DNA from: an uncultured cyanobacterium
GTDB lineage: Bacteria > Cyanobacteriota > Cyanobacteriia > Cyanobacteriales > Cyanobacteriaceae
Reading direction: 5' to 3'
Length of the DNA: 64,000 nt
Assembly: GCA_963710605.1 (NCBI GenBank)
Contig: CAVQBA010000005.1
Span: 256,001 to 320,000 of the forward strand
Part shown: positions 11,460-20,836 of the stretch, one piece after another
Position numbering within the stretch: the stretch's first letter is position 1
Layout of the letters: each line of letters starts with the position of its first letter
Made by a program: the position numbers and the translations under genes
The notes under the pieces: generated by a model
The model's input: the letters and a program-made list of their open reading frames with translations, nothing else
Told to the model about the DNA's origin: nothing
Databases searched by the model: none

Positions 11460-11985
11460 CTAACCAGGAGAAATTAAGATAAATTGTTTTTGTTTTGCGG
11501 CTTCTTCAAAAAAATCAACGACTTGAACATATGTAGATACCACCGATTCAAATTCGTCGATTGTCCAACCACCAGGACTAGGATAAGGATAAGATTCTAG
11601 CATTATTAAATACTTCAGAGGTAAAACGAGATCTTAAACGTTTGGTGTAATTTGCTTTAGTTCTGTGTAAATTTTAACTACTTCATTAGGTTTTAAAAAA
11701 CGTACTTTACCATAATCTACCTCGTATTTTGTTTCAGTTCCTCCGAAAATAACTTTAGCCAGAAATGATTGATTATTTGTTTTATCAATGGCATATTCTT
11801 CAGTCAGAATAAAATGAATTGCTTGCCAATCTTTACCAAGATTTGAAATAATAATCTTGACTAATTAAATCCTGATAAAAATCAAACAATTTGTCTAAAT
11901 CTTGGATGTCTAGTCCAAAAGGATGTTTCTGTAATTTATTGATATTTTTTAATGTCACACGTACATACTTTACTTCTATTCCCAT
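11460..11985 (-). pseudogene. YfbM/DUF1877-family protein, frameshifted; putative immunity gene
   Basis: Joined frames give MGIEVKYVRVT...LGKDWQAIHFILTE...VIFGG...YGKVRFLKPNEV...FFEEAAKQKQFILI. Confidence 0.7.
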
Positions 11986-12051
11986 ATTTTTATCTATAAA
12001 ACAATGTGGTTTAGTTTGCATAAATGTACTATATTATCCTAATCATGTAGG

Positions 12052-14295
12052 CTATATAAATCCTAACTTCGTAGTTGCAATACTTGTTGTAATCAAACTT
12101 ACCAACAGTACGGTATTGATTTGTGTCAATGAAGGATTTGATGCCATGTCTATAAGTCCTCTACTTCTAGCTAAAGGATTAAGAGAAGTATAGTTACTTG
12201 AAATAAGAAGAGGTCTTACTCTTTCTCGTAAATTTTCTGGGCGAATTACTCCTAGTAAAAGTATTTTATCTTTGTTATCCAATTGATTGGTATAAAAAAT
12301 AATTCCACCAACATTAAAAATGATAACTTTTCTAGGGACTTCACCAGGTGCGCCTCTTGTTATGGTTGCTTCTATTATATTTGGTGGTGTTTTCCATACG
12401 TTATCAGGAAGATAATTGCGATATGTTAAAGCATATTCTCCTAATGCAAAAGTTGCTTCTATTATTCCGTTTGGGCTGAGAGGTTTAATGTCATTAAAAG
12501 TCTTCTGTGTTTTGTTCAAAATATCTGGTTTTTTACCTAATACTAGTCTGCCAAAACTTAGGTCATCTGTTGGATGATTCTGCCCTGTATAAAGGTTGAA
12601 CAACATCTTCTACTCCATATCCAAATTCTTGAGAATATAATCCACTAGGATCAATGTAAACAACTGGGTTTGCATTACCATATAAATACTTATGTAAAGA
12701 AAAAGGACTATTAATATCACCCTCATAAGTATCCCGACGAGTAAACCTTCCTACCGATTGATTATAATAACGCTGTCTGAGGTAATACTCATCCAAATTG
12801 TTATCAAATTGCTCACCAGCAAATAAATACTGATTCTCTGCATTTCCAGTCGAATCAATTAAACTACCGAAAGCATCATAATCATAACTAGCAACAATAT
12901 ACCGATTCTCATCAGTTAAAATTCTCGTACTACCTAAACCGTCAACCTGATAAAAAGTAGTTTCATCATTACGAGACTGAGAAATTAAATCCCAACCATA
13001 GACATAACTTACCCCTAACTCACCATCAACATACTCCTCTAACACCTGAGCATAAGAACGATTTTTATCCAATAGATAATTAGTCGTAACCCCATTAACC
13101 GTTTGGGATGTGCGGATATTATCCATGTCATAGGTATAATCAATCACATCTCCATCGGCAGTTTGTACCTGTATAAGTCGATCGTCTAAATCCCAAACAT
13201 AGATAGTCTCCTGACCATTTTGCGTAACCTTAACAGTATTTCCATTCTCATCATACTGATAAACCTTAGTAATATCATCACCCGTTTCTGTCAACAACCA
13301 ATCATTCTGATTGTAAGTATAGATAGTTGTACCTTCAACAGAATCAGCTTTAGTTAAACGATTACCTACAGCATCATAAGTATAATCAATAATCTGACTA
13401 TTATTAATCTTCTCTTGAGTTAGGCGATATAAATTGTCATAATCATACTCCACAACTCGTCCATCATTTTCCTCAACTAAAATACGATTACCAATCTTAT
13501 CCAGAGTATATGTATAACTAGAAACAATGACATTATCAACAACATTCTCCAGATAAGTGAGACGATTGAGTAAATCATAATCCCTGTTTTCTGTCACACC
13601 ATTAGCAAACTCAGTTGTGACTAACTTACCAATACCGTTGTAAAAATAAGTTGTGGTATTGCTATCAATATCTGTAACAGTATCGATACGATTCAAATTA
13701 TCATAACTATATTGAGTATCACCATCAGGCGTTAAAACTCGAATACGATTACCAGCACTGTCATATTGATATTCGATCGTCTTACCACTAGGTAAGTAAA
13801 CACCGTTTGCATCAGTACGAGAAATTAATCTGTTACGCTCGTCATAACTATAAGCGGTTACACCAACGTTATCGGTAACTGTAGCAATTTGTCCTATATT
13901 GGTATAAGTGTAAGTAACTTGACTATTATCAATATAATATTCACCGATAAGACGATTGACCGACTCATAAATATATTCAGTACGATTACCTCTTTCATCA
14001 ATAGTAGCCTTAGTCTGCCCATCTTGATAATATTCAGTTAGAGTACGAGGATTATCAGCAAGATAAGAAGGATTACCATCAGGATAAACTACTTGTGTCC
14101 AATCAATTGTAACTTCTGTTTTCGTTTCATCAACAAAAGAAATAAAATCAGCAAGGGTGTCTATTTCATCAGGATAAATAGTCTCAACTAATTGCCCTTT
14201 CTCATCATAACGATATTCTGTACGTCTATTTAAAGCATCAATTACCGCAATTTGTTGATTGAAATCATTGTACTTATAACGAGTGATTAGAGATC
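12052..14295 (-). pseudogene. start-less Rhs/YD module with DPSG junction and PD-(D/E)xK-like toxin C-terminus (frameshift at ~12583)
   Basis: Open YD frame from ~14295 to NANPVVYIDPSG|LYSQEFGY; removing one G joins to ...KKPDILNKTQKTFNDIKPLS. Confidence 0.85.
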
Positions 14296-14361
14296 GTATT
14301 AAGTATCATTTTAGTCAAGTTTTTCTTGTTAGCATAAACAAGATTATCCTCACCAAGAATA

Positions 14362-15141
14362 TTAATTACATTTTTGTCTTCGTAAATATTTTTCTTGTCC
14401 ATATTTATTAAAATTATCCAATTTATATTTAAGACTATTTATTTTATCTAGATCGGATAAATAAAATATAAGAACAATATCTTTAAATTCGCTATTAATA
14501 CAAGGTAAAAAATCTTGAATACTCTCTTCAACGTCATAACCAAATGCACCTAAGGAATTTTCAGTCATCCATCTACGAGAAGGCAAAAACCCTGGTTTTG
14601 TTTGTGGTTCTATATTTTTAAAATTATTAGGGTTTTGTAAAAAATATTTTCCTTTCCAACCAAATATCTGATTTAAGTTATAATCTTCCCATGATATTCT
14701 TCTAACTAATTCATAGTAAGGTATTTGTTCTATTTTTTCTTCTGGAAAAAGAAGAATTTGTCCTCTGGGTAAAGCTATTTTAACTTGAGTGGAAAAACCA
14801 AAATATCCATCGCTATATTTAGACCATAATCGATTTATTTTTTTTAGATAATAACAGCAGATACCCTCTTTTTGCATATATCCTGAATACAGAACCCCAT
14901 TAACGAACCAATTTAATCTAGATAGACCAAAAAAAACTTCTTCCTCTACTTGTTTTCTCACAATAGTAGATATTATATTACTAGTTTCTCGATCGGCTTG
15001 AAACCAATCATGAGAGATAAGTGATTTTTCTAAACGAGAATAATCAATTATTTTTGATTGCCAATGATATAAACCTAAAGCAAAAAAACATAGGCTAAAT
15101 ATTAGAAAATAAATTAAAAATTTACGAAAATATCTACTCAT
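14362..15141 (-). CDS. membrane-anchored GUN4-like domain protein (copy 3)
   Basis: IDYSRLEKSLISHDWFQADRET...INRLWSKYSDGYFGFSTQ...PGFLPS. Confidence 0.82.
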   Translation of the reverse strand: MSRYFRKFLIYFLIFSLCFFALGLYHWQSKIIDYSRLEKSLISHDWFQADRETSNIISTIVRKQVEEEVFFGLSRLNWFVNGVLYSGYMQKEGICCYYLKKINRLWSKYSDGYFGFSTQVKIALPRGQILLFPEEKIEQIPYYELVRRISWEDYNLNQIFGWKGKYFLQNPNNFKNIEPQTKPGFLPSRRWMTENSLGAFGYDVEESIQDFLPCINSEFKDIVLIFYLSDLDKINSLKYKLDNFNKYGQEKYLRRQKCN

Positions 15142-15150
15142 ATTACTTTT

Positions 15151-15660
15151 TTAAATATCATTAAGTCTTTCTACTGACTTTCCACGAGAGAAAACATCTA
15201 TAATATCTAAGCCTACGCCTAATCCAGAAGGATAAAATGCTGACTTTACAGTAATATCAAATAAAGCTCCAAAACTAGGGAGTGCATCAGCAATAAAAGT
15301 CGTACAATTATGAGCTTTTTCTCTCGTCAAAAACAAATTTTCATATTTTATCCCAAAAAGATAAAGTAATGTATATGGAGTTGTTGAATAATAATGTGTT
15401 AGATTCGTTAGGTTGTTTTTTAACTGTGTTTTTTGTGCTTCATTATATTTTATGGCGTACTTATAATAGAAATAATTATTATTAACAATTTCACTCAGCA
15501 CATAATCATTTTCATTTTTTATTTCTGGAGTTACTCCTGAAAACGTATATGCTTGCCCATCAACAGCGATAAATGAATGACCTAGAAGATATTTCGGACT
15601 AAATCCAACATAAACAAATACATCATCAGTAGAAGAAGTATTTGGAGCATTTATTGCTAT
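15151..15660 (-). pseudogene. orphan toxin C-terminal domain, permuted papain/NlpC-P60-like (His before Cys)
   Basis: LGHSFIAVDG...HNCTTFIADAL; no credible start, fused out of frame to an Ig-domain fragment. Confidence 0.65.
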
Positions 15661-16290
15661 TACCACGGAATATTTCCACAAACTCGTCACTATCGGCGGT
15701 GGCAATTTCTAGGCTATAGTAATTCAAATTGTCATCGTCAATCGTACCAATAATGTCGGTGGGAGCGGTAATTGTGTTGTTTTCTATACCTGTCAAATCG
15801 AGGGAGACAACAGGGGCAGTAACATCACTACCATCAAAAACTTCAACAGTAATTATATATTCACCGACGTTTCCTGCCTCATCATAACCGTATGCTGTGA
15901 GTTGATATGTACCTAACTCATCAAAGGTAATATTACCGATTCCATAACGATCGAGTTGTATAGCTTGATTATTAACTATTTCAATCTGATTACCTGTGGT
16001 GATATCATCTTCTAGGTTATTAGCAAATAGTTGTAAACCTGTTACACCAACGTTATCAGTGGCTGTTACTTGGAAGGGTATTGTTGAGTTCAGTTCAGCT
16101 TGATATTCTCCATTGACCACAAAAATACTACCAGGTAATAAGTTGACAACAGGAGCGATGTTGTCGGCGGTAACATCAAGAGAAAAGGTTTGTTCGACTT
16201 CTGCTCCTACTTCATCGCTAACTGTAATGGTGATGGTATGATTACCAATATTATCGATCGTCGGTGTCCAACGTAAACGTCCGAAATTGT
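15655..16290 (-). pseudogene. Ig-like/cadherin-like repeat fragment of a giant Rhs protein N-terminal region
   Basis: GRLRWTPTIDNIGNHTITITVSD, VTATDNVGV, AYDEAGN-like, DVTAPVV, IIGTIDDDNLNYYSL. Confidence 0.75.
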
Positions 16291-16359
16291 CAGAATATAT
16301 TTAGCTGTATTTTGCTATAATTACTAAGATCAAAAATCAGAAAAAGAGTTTTATTTTCA

Positions 16360-17256
16360 ATGAGTCAATTTCCTCATGATGACTTTGTTAAAGAATATTT
16401 ACCCGAATTAATATCTAATTATGGGCTCGTAAATTCGGGAAAGAAAATAGCTTCTCAGACGAAAGAAATAGATGTCTTTTTTCAACCTGATAACAAAGTA
16501 AATAATAATTCAAATCAATTAGGTTTACTGGCAAGGTTATTGAGAACAACTTGTTTATTTGAGGTGTATCGAAATTCAGTTACAGTTAATCAAATTAACG
16601 AGTGTATCGGGAAGTTAGTTGACTTGACGACATTATTAGGTAGAGAAAGTAAAAAGAGCAAAAATCAGATTGAAGCAGTAAATTTATGGATTTTAACACC
16701 AACTTTATCACAAAAAATATTAAACTCTTTTGAAGCAAGAACACAAGAGGATTGGGAAGAGGGAATTTATTTTTTACCTTCAGCTTTATCAACGGGAATA
16801 ATAGTTGTACATCAACTGCCAGTAAATAAAGATACTCTGTGGCTAAGAATGTTAGGAAAGGGTAAAGTACAAGAGTTAGCCATCGAAGAATTAAATGCAC
16901 TTCCAAAGGATAATCAATACAGAGACAGTGTTTTAGAGTTGGTCAGTAATTTATTTACAATGCTACAATTAAACCAACAAAAAAAGCAAGAGTTAACCTC
17001 AGAAGATAGACAATTAGTTATGAAATTATCACCTATTTATACTGCTCGATTAAATGAAGTCAGACAACAAGAAGCAACTTTACTAATTGTTCGTCAATTG
17101 AAAAGAAAGATAGGTGAGTTATCTCCTAATTTAGAAGCAAGAGTAATAAGTTTACAAATCGACATTTTAGAAAATTTAGGAGAAGCCTTATTAGATTTTA
17201 ACTCGATCGATCACCTGATTAATTGGTTAAATGAAAACGACAAAGGATTAAAATAA
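16360..17256 (+). CDS. Rpn/PD-(D/E)xK-like protein with C-terminal DUF4351
   Basis: HDDFVKEYL...EIDVFF...LFEVYR; C-terminal LIVRQLKRKIG...LENLGEALLDF...LINWL. Confidence 0.8.
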   Translation: MSQFPHDDFVKEYLPELISNYGLVNSGKKIASQTKEIDVFFQPDNKVNNNSNQLGLLARLLRTTCLFEVYRNSVTVNQINECIGKLVDLTTLLGRESKKSKNQIEAVNLWILTPTLSQKILNSFEARTQEDWEEGIYFLPSALSTGIIVVHQLPVNKDTLWLRMLGKGKVQELAIEELNALPKDNQYRDSVLELVSNLFTMLQLNQQKKQELTSEDRQLVMKLSPIYTARLNEVRQQEATLLIVRQLKRKIGELSPNLEARVISLQIDILENLGEALLDFNSIDHLINWLNENDKGLK

Positions 17257-17292
17257 AAAAGATCTGCTGAACAACGATTTAAAAGGCATAAA

Positions 17293-18168
17293 ATGACAAA
17301 AGTAGCAGTTTTCGGGATGGGACTTATGGGGCATCCAATGGTGATTAATTTAGCTAATAACGGTATTTCTGTGATAGCTTATAATCGATCGTCATCTAAG
17401 TTAGAATCTTTACAATCGCAAGACAATATTGCAGTCACCACAAACCCGATTGAAGCGATCGAATTTGCTGATTGTCTAATTTTGATGCTTAGTGATTATC
17501 AGGCGATTAAACAAGTTATTTTCGCTGATACGGCTGATTTAACCGCCAAAACAGTGATCCAAATGGGTACAATCGCCCCCGATGAAAGTAAAGCATTATT
17601 AGAGCAAATCCAAGCTAAAGACGGAGAATATTTAGAAGCACCCGTTTTAGGAAGCATTCCTCAAGTCAAAAGCGGTGAATTACTAATCATGGTGGGGGCA
17701 ACAGAAAATCAATTTCAGCAATGGCAAAAATTACTAACTCACTTTAGCCCTAAACCTCTGCTTGTTGGTGAAGTAGGTAAAGCCTCAGCTTTAAAACTTG
17801 CTCTCAATCAAATGATTGCTGGTTTGACAAGTACTTTTGCCTTAAGTTTGAGTTTTGTGCAACAACAAGGAGTAGAAGTCGATACCTTTATGGAAATTCT
17901 GCGTGATAGTGCTTTATATGCTCCGACATTTGACAAAAAATTATCCCGAATGTGCGATCGTAATTTTAGTAATCCTAATTTTCCTAGCAAGCATTTATTA
18001 AAAGATATTAATTTATTCTTGACATCTGCTCAAACTAAAGGTTTAAATACAAAAGGTTTAGAAGGAATAGAAACGATCGTTGCTCAAACTACAAAAAACG
18101 ATCTAGCTGATAGTGATTACTCTGCTTTAATTGAAATGATTAGAAGTCAAACAATTGACAACGTCTAA
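17293..18168 (+). CDS. NAD(P)-dependent oxidoreductase, 3-hydroxyisobutyrate dehydrogenase family
   Basis: GMGLMG Rossmann motif, EAPVLGS, KLALN, KHLLKD. Confidence 0.92.
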   Translation: MTKVAVFGMGLMGHPMVINLANNGISVIAYNRSSSKLESLQSQDNIAVTTNPIEAIEFADCLILMLSDYQAIKQVIFADTADLTAKTVIQMGTIAPDESKALLEQIQAKDGEYLEAPVLGSIPQVKSGELLIMVGATENQFQQWQKLLTHFSPKPLLVGEVGKASALKLALNQMIAGLTSTFALSLSFVQQQGVEVDTFMEILRDSALYAPTFDKKLSRMCDRNFSNPNFPSKHLLKDINLFLTSAQTKGLNTKGLEGIETIVAQTTKNDLADSDYSALIEMIRSQTIDNV

Positions 18169-18265
18169 AATTAGCAAAATAGAAAATAGATTTATAATTA
18201 AGTAGAAAGTAGTGATTACAAATTAATTCTCCTCTGTTCATTGTTCACTGTTCACTTTTTACTGT

Positions 18266-18349
18266 TATAGCAGAGAACGAGTTGATTAGGACATGGTATA
18301 AGAACGAAAGCTATACCATATGAGCATTTTACCTTTGCACGAGTGCTAT
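18266..18349. mobile_element. short TATAGC-ended MITE-like relic (IS630/Tc1-type ends)
   Basis: tatagca...tgctata ends; ttacctttgcacgagtgc recurs inverted at ~49443-49460. Confidence 0.5.
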
Positions 18350-18359
18350 ATTTGTTCTT

Positions 18360-18413
18360 GTCATTAAAGTTTCATCTCTAGTTCACAAGAAAGTCACATC
18401 AGTTGTTTATAGT
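18360..18413 (+). promoter_or_regulatory. four (G/T)TCA(T/C) direct repeats at 11-bp period followed by TATAGT -10 box
   Basis: GTCAT 18360, TTCAT 18371, TTCAC 18382, GTCAC 18393; TATAGT 18408-18413. Confidence 0.6.
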
Positions 18414-18419
18414 TATAAA

Positions 18420-18484
18420 TGTCAGCTTAAAACATAAGTTTTCCTCTTTTAGCTCCTTCGCACTTTAGGCTGACTTTTTTTTTT
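18420..18484 (+). ncRNA. candidate ~65-nt small RNA or attenuator upstream of htrA
   Basis: 11-bp stem gtcagcttaaa/tttaggctgac, CU-rich 32-nt loop, T10 tail. Confidence 0.5.
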
Positions 18485-18663
18485 AATTGTCTATACTGAT
18501 AGTTAAGACCAAAAACAACTAGGAGCAAAATATATAATTATCTAATTAAAATCGATCGTCTTTGTCAAACCAGCAATAATTTTTATCTCTCAATCATAAC
18601 TTAAAGATTTTCTCAATATATATTAATTCATTTATTCGTTAACTAATTACACTCATTTTGACT

Positions 18664-19887
18664 ATGAAAAACGGACTTCGTCACTTAATCAAGAAAACAA
18701 CTACAGGTGCATCTTTACTCTTGTTAGGTACAGGTATTGGTGTTAGTGTGAATTATCTAGTAAATACACCACAAATATTTGCTCGTGGAGATAATCAAGA
18801 AACATTACTCACTCAACGATCTGAGCGATCGTCTTCCTCTCAATTTGTTGAAGGTGGTGATATCAACTTTGTTTCACAAGTCGTACAAGATGTTGGTCCT
18901 GCGGTAGTGAGAATTAACGCATCTCGTAAAGTTTCTAGTCGTCGAAATGTTCCCCCTATTTTTAACGATCCTTTTTTCCGTGAATTTTTTGGTGATCAAA
19001 TTCCGCAACAACCTAACGAACAAATACAACAAGGTACAGGTTCAGGTTTTATTATTAGTGAAGATGGTAAAATTCTTACTAATGCCCACGTAGTTGAAGG
19101 GGCAAGTGAGGTAACAGTCAACCTCAAAGATGGACGAGTATTAGAAGGTAAAGTTTTAGGTAGCGATTCCTTAACCGATTTAGCCGTAATCAAAATTGAA
19201 GCTGACGAAGAATTGCCTGTTGTGCAAATTGGTAACTCTGATGAGTTGATTATTGGTGAATGGGCGATCGCCATCGGTAATCCTTTAGGCTTAGATAATA
19301 CAGTTACTACAGGAATTATCAGTGCTACGGGCAGATCAAGTTCTCAAATTGGTGTCGGTGATAAAAGATTAGACTTTATCCAAACCGATGCCGCTATCAA
19401 CCCCGGTAACTCAGGTGGACCACTTTTAAACGCTAGAGGTGAAGTGATTGGTATCAATACCGCCATTATTAAAAATGCTCAAGGGTTAGGTTTCGCCATT
19501 CCGATTAATCGTGCCGCTGAAATTGGACAAGCTTTAATCGCTGATGGCAAAGTAGAGCATCCTTATATCGGTATCAGCATGGTTTCATTAAACGAGCAAA
19601 CCAAAACACTAATTAACCAAAATCAACAACTTAATCTCACTGATGAAGAAGGTGTTTTTATCGCTAAAGTTATGCCTAATTCTCCCGCCGCTAAAGCAGG
19701 TTTACAATCAGGAGACATTATTTGGGGTATAGAAGGCATTGAAGTTAATGAGTCTTCTCAAGTACAACGTCAAGTCGCTTCTAGAAAAGTTGGTAGTGAT
19801 ATTACTTTGAATTTACTTCGTAACAATCGAGATCTTGATTTACCTGTCACCTTAGGTATTTTACCTAGTATGAATTCTCGCCAATAG
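18664..19887 (+). CDS. HtrA/HhoA/HhoB family serine protease with PDZ domain
   Basis: GSGFII, LTNAHVV, DLAVIKI, DAAINPGNSGGPL. Confidence 0.95.
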   Translation: MKNGLRHLIKKTTTGASLLLLGTGIGVSVNYLVNTPQIFARGDNQETLLTQRSERSSSSQFVEGGDINFVSQVVQDVGPAVVRINASRKVSSRRNVPPIFNDPFFREFFGDQIPQQPNEQIQQGTGSGFIISEDGKILTNAHVVEGASEVTVNLKDGRVLEGKVLGSDSLTDLAVIKIEADEELPVVQIGNSDELIIGEWAIAIGNPLGLDNTVTTGIISATGRSSSQIGVGDKRLDFIQTDAAINPGNSGGPLLNARGEVIGINTAIIKNAQGLGFAIPINRAAEIGQALIADGKVEHPYIGISMVSLNEQTKTLINQNQQLNLTDEEGVFIAKVMPNSPAAKAGLQSGDIIWGIEGIEVNESSQVQRQVASRKVGSDITLNLLRNNRDLDLPVTLGILPSMNSRQ

Positions 19888-19950
19888 GATTATTAACCAG
19901 ATTTTCTGTTTTCAAAAAAAAAATAGCATATTTTTTGTTTTATTTAAACA

Positions 19951-19982
19951 AGCTTCCTTAAAATCTAAGGGAGTTTTTTTTT
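19951..19982 (+). terminator. intrinsic terminator after htrA
   Basis: gcttcctta-aaatc-taagggagt followed by a T-run. Confidence 0.65.
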
Positions 19983-20074
19983 GTTATTTAACTCATATTA
20001 GATTAAATAAATTTTCCGAGAAACAAAGCAAAAAACCTCTATGATAGTATTGTTTTGAGATTTAATCTTTACTA

Positions 20075-20836
20075 ATGAATCAGTATCTACTAATCATTTT
20101 ATTATTATTTGTCAGTGGCTGTCAGAGTTTGCTCACGGGTAATATTCATCTTAAATATGGAAATCCTAGTCAGGCAAGTATTAATAATATCAACAATTAC
20201 TTGCTAGAAAAACCACAATATGCAGTATCTTATAATTGTCAGAATGGTACAGCTAATTGGGTTAGTTGGAAACTCGATCGTACTTGGTTAGGTAATACCG
20301 AGCGTAGTGATGATTTTAGACCAGATCCAGATTTACCGATCGATTGTTATGCTGTTAGTCCGAATGATTATCGTGGTAGCGGATACGATCGAGGACATCT
20401 TACACCATCAGGCGATCGTACGTCAACTGCTTTAGATAATAGTGCTACTTTTTTAATGAGTAATATGATTCCTCAAGCACCTTCAAATAATCGAGAAGTC
20501 TGGCGAGAATTAGAAGAATACAGTCGAGATTTAGTTAATGAAGGCAAAGATTTATATCTTGTTGCCGGTGGTAATGGTAAACTAAAAACGATCGCAAAAG
20601 GAAAAGTAGTTGTACCTAGATATACTTGGAAAGTAATCCTCGTTTCCAATCAAGGTAACTACGAACAAACGATCGCTATTTTAATGCCGAATAATAACAC
20701 TGTCGCTCGTACAGATTGGGAAGATTATATTGTTTCTGTCGATGAAATAGAAGCACTGACAGGATATAATTTTTTCTCCAAACTACCCAATGATACTCAA
20801 AAACAACTTGAAAGCAAAATCTATCAATTCAATTAA
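20075..20836 (+). CDS. nucA: sugar-nonspecific DNA/RNA endonuclease (NucA type), lipoprotein-like N-terminus
   Basis: SGYDRGHLTPSGDR, TFLMSNMIPQ, VWRELEEY; VSGC lipobox-like. Confidence 0.9.
   Translation: MNQYLLIILLLFVSGCQSLLTGNIHLKYGNPSQASINNINNYLLEKPQYAVSYNCQNGTANWVSWKLDRTWLGNTERSDDFRPDPDLPIDCYAVSPNDYRGSGYDRGHLTPSGDRTSTALDNSATFLMSNMIPQAPSNNREVWRELEEYSRDLVNEGKDLYLVAGGNGKLKTIAKGKVVVPRYTWKVILVSNQGNYEQTIAILMPNNNTVARTDWEDYIVSVDEIEALTGYNFFSKLPNDTQKQLESKIYQFN

Noticed and set aside
9674-15141. Annotating the GUN4-like genes as chlorophyll-synthesis gun4/ycf53
   Set aside because: They have N-terminal TM anchors, are triplicated and divergent, and lie in an Rhs array rather than a tetrapyrrole context
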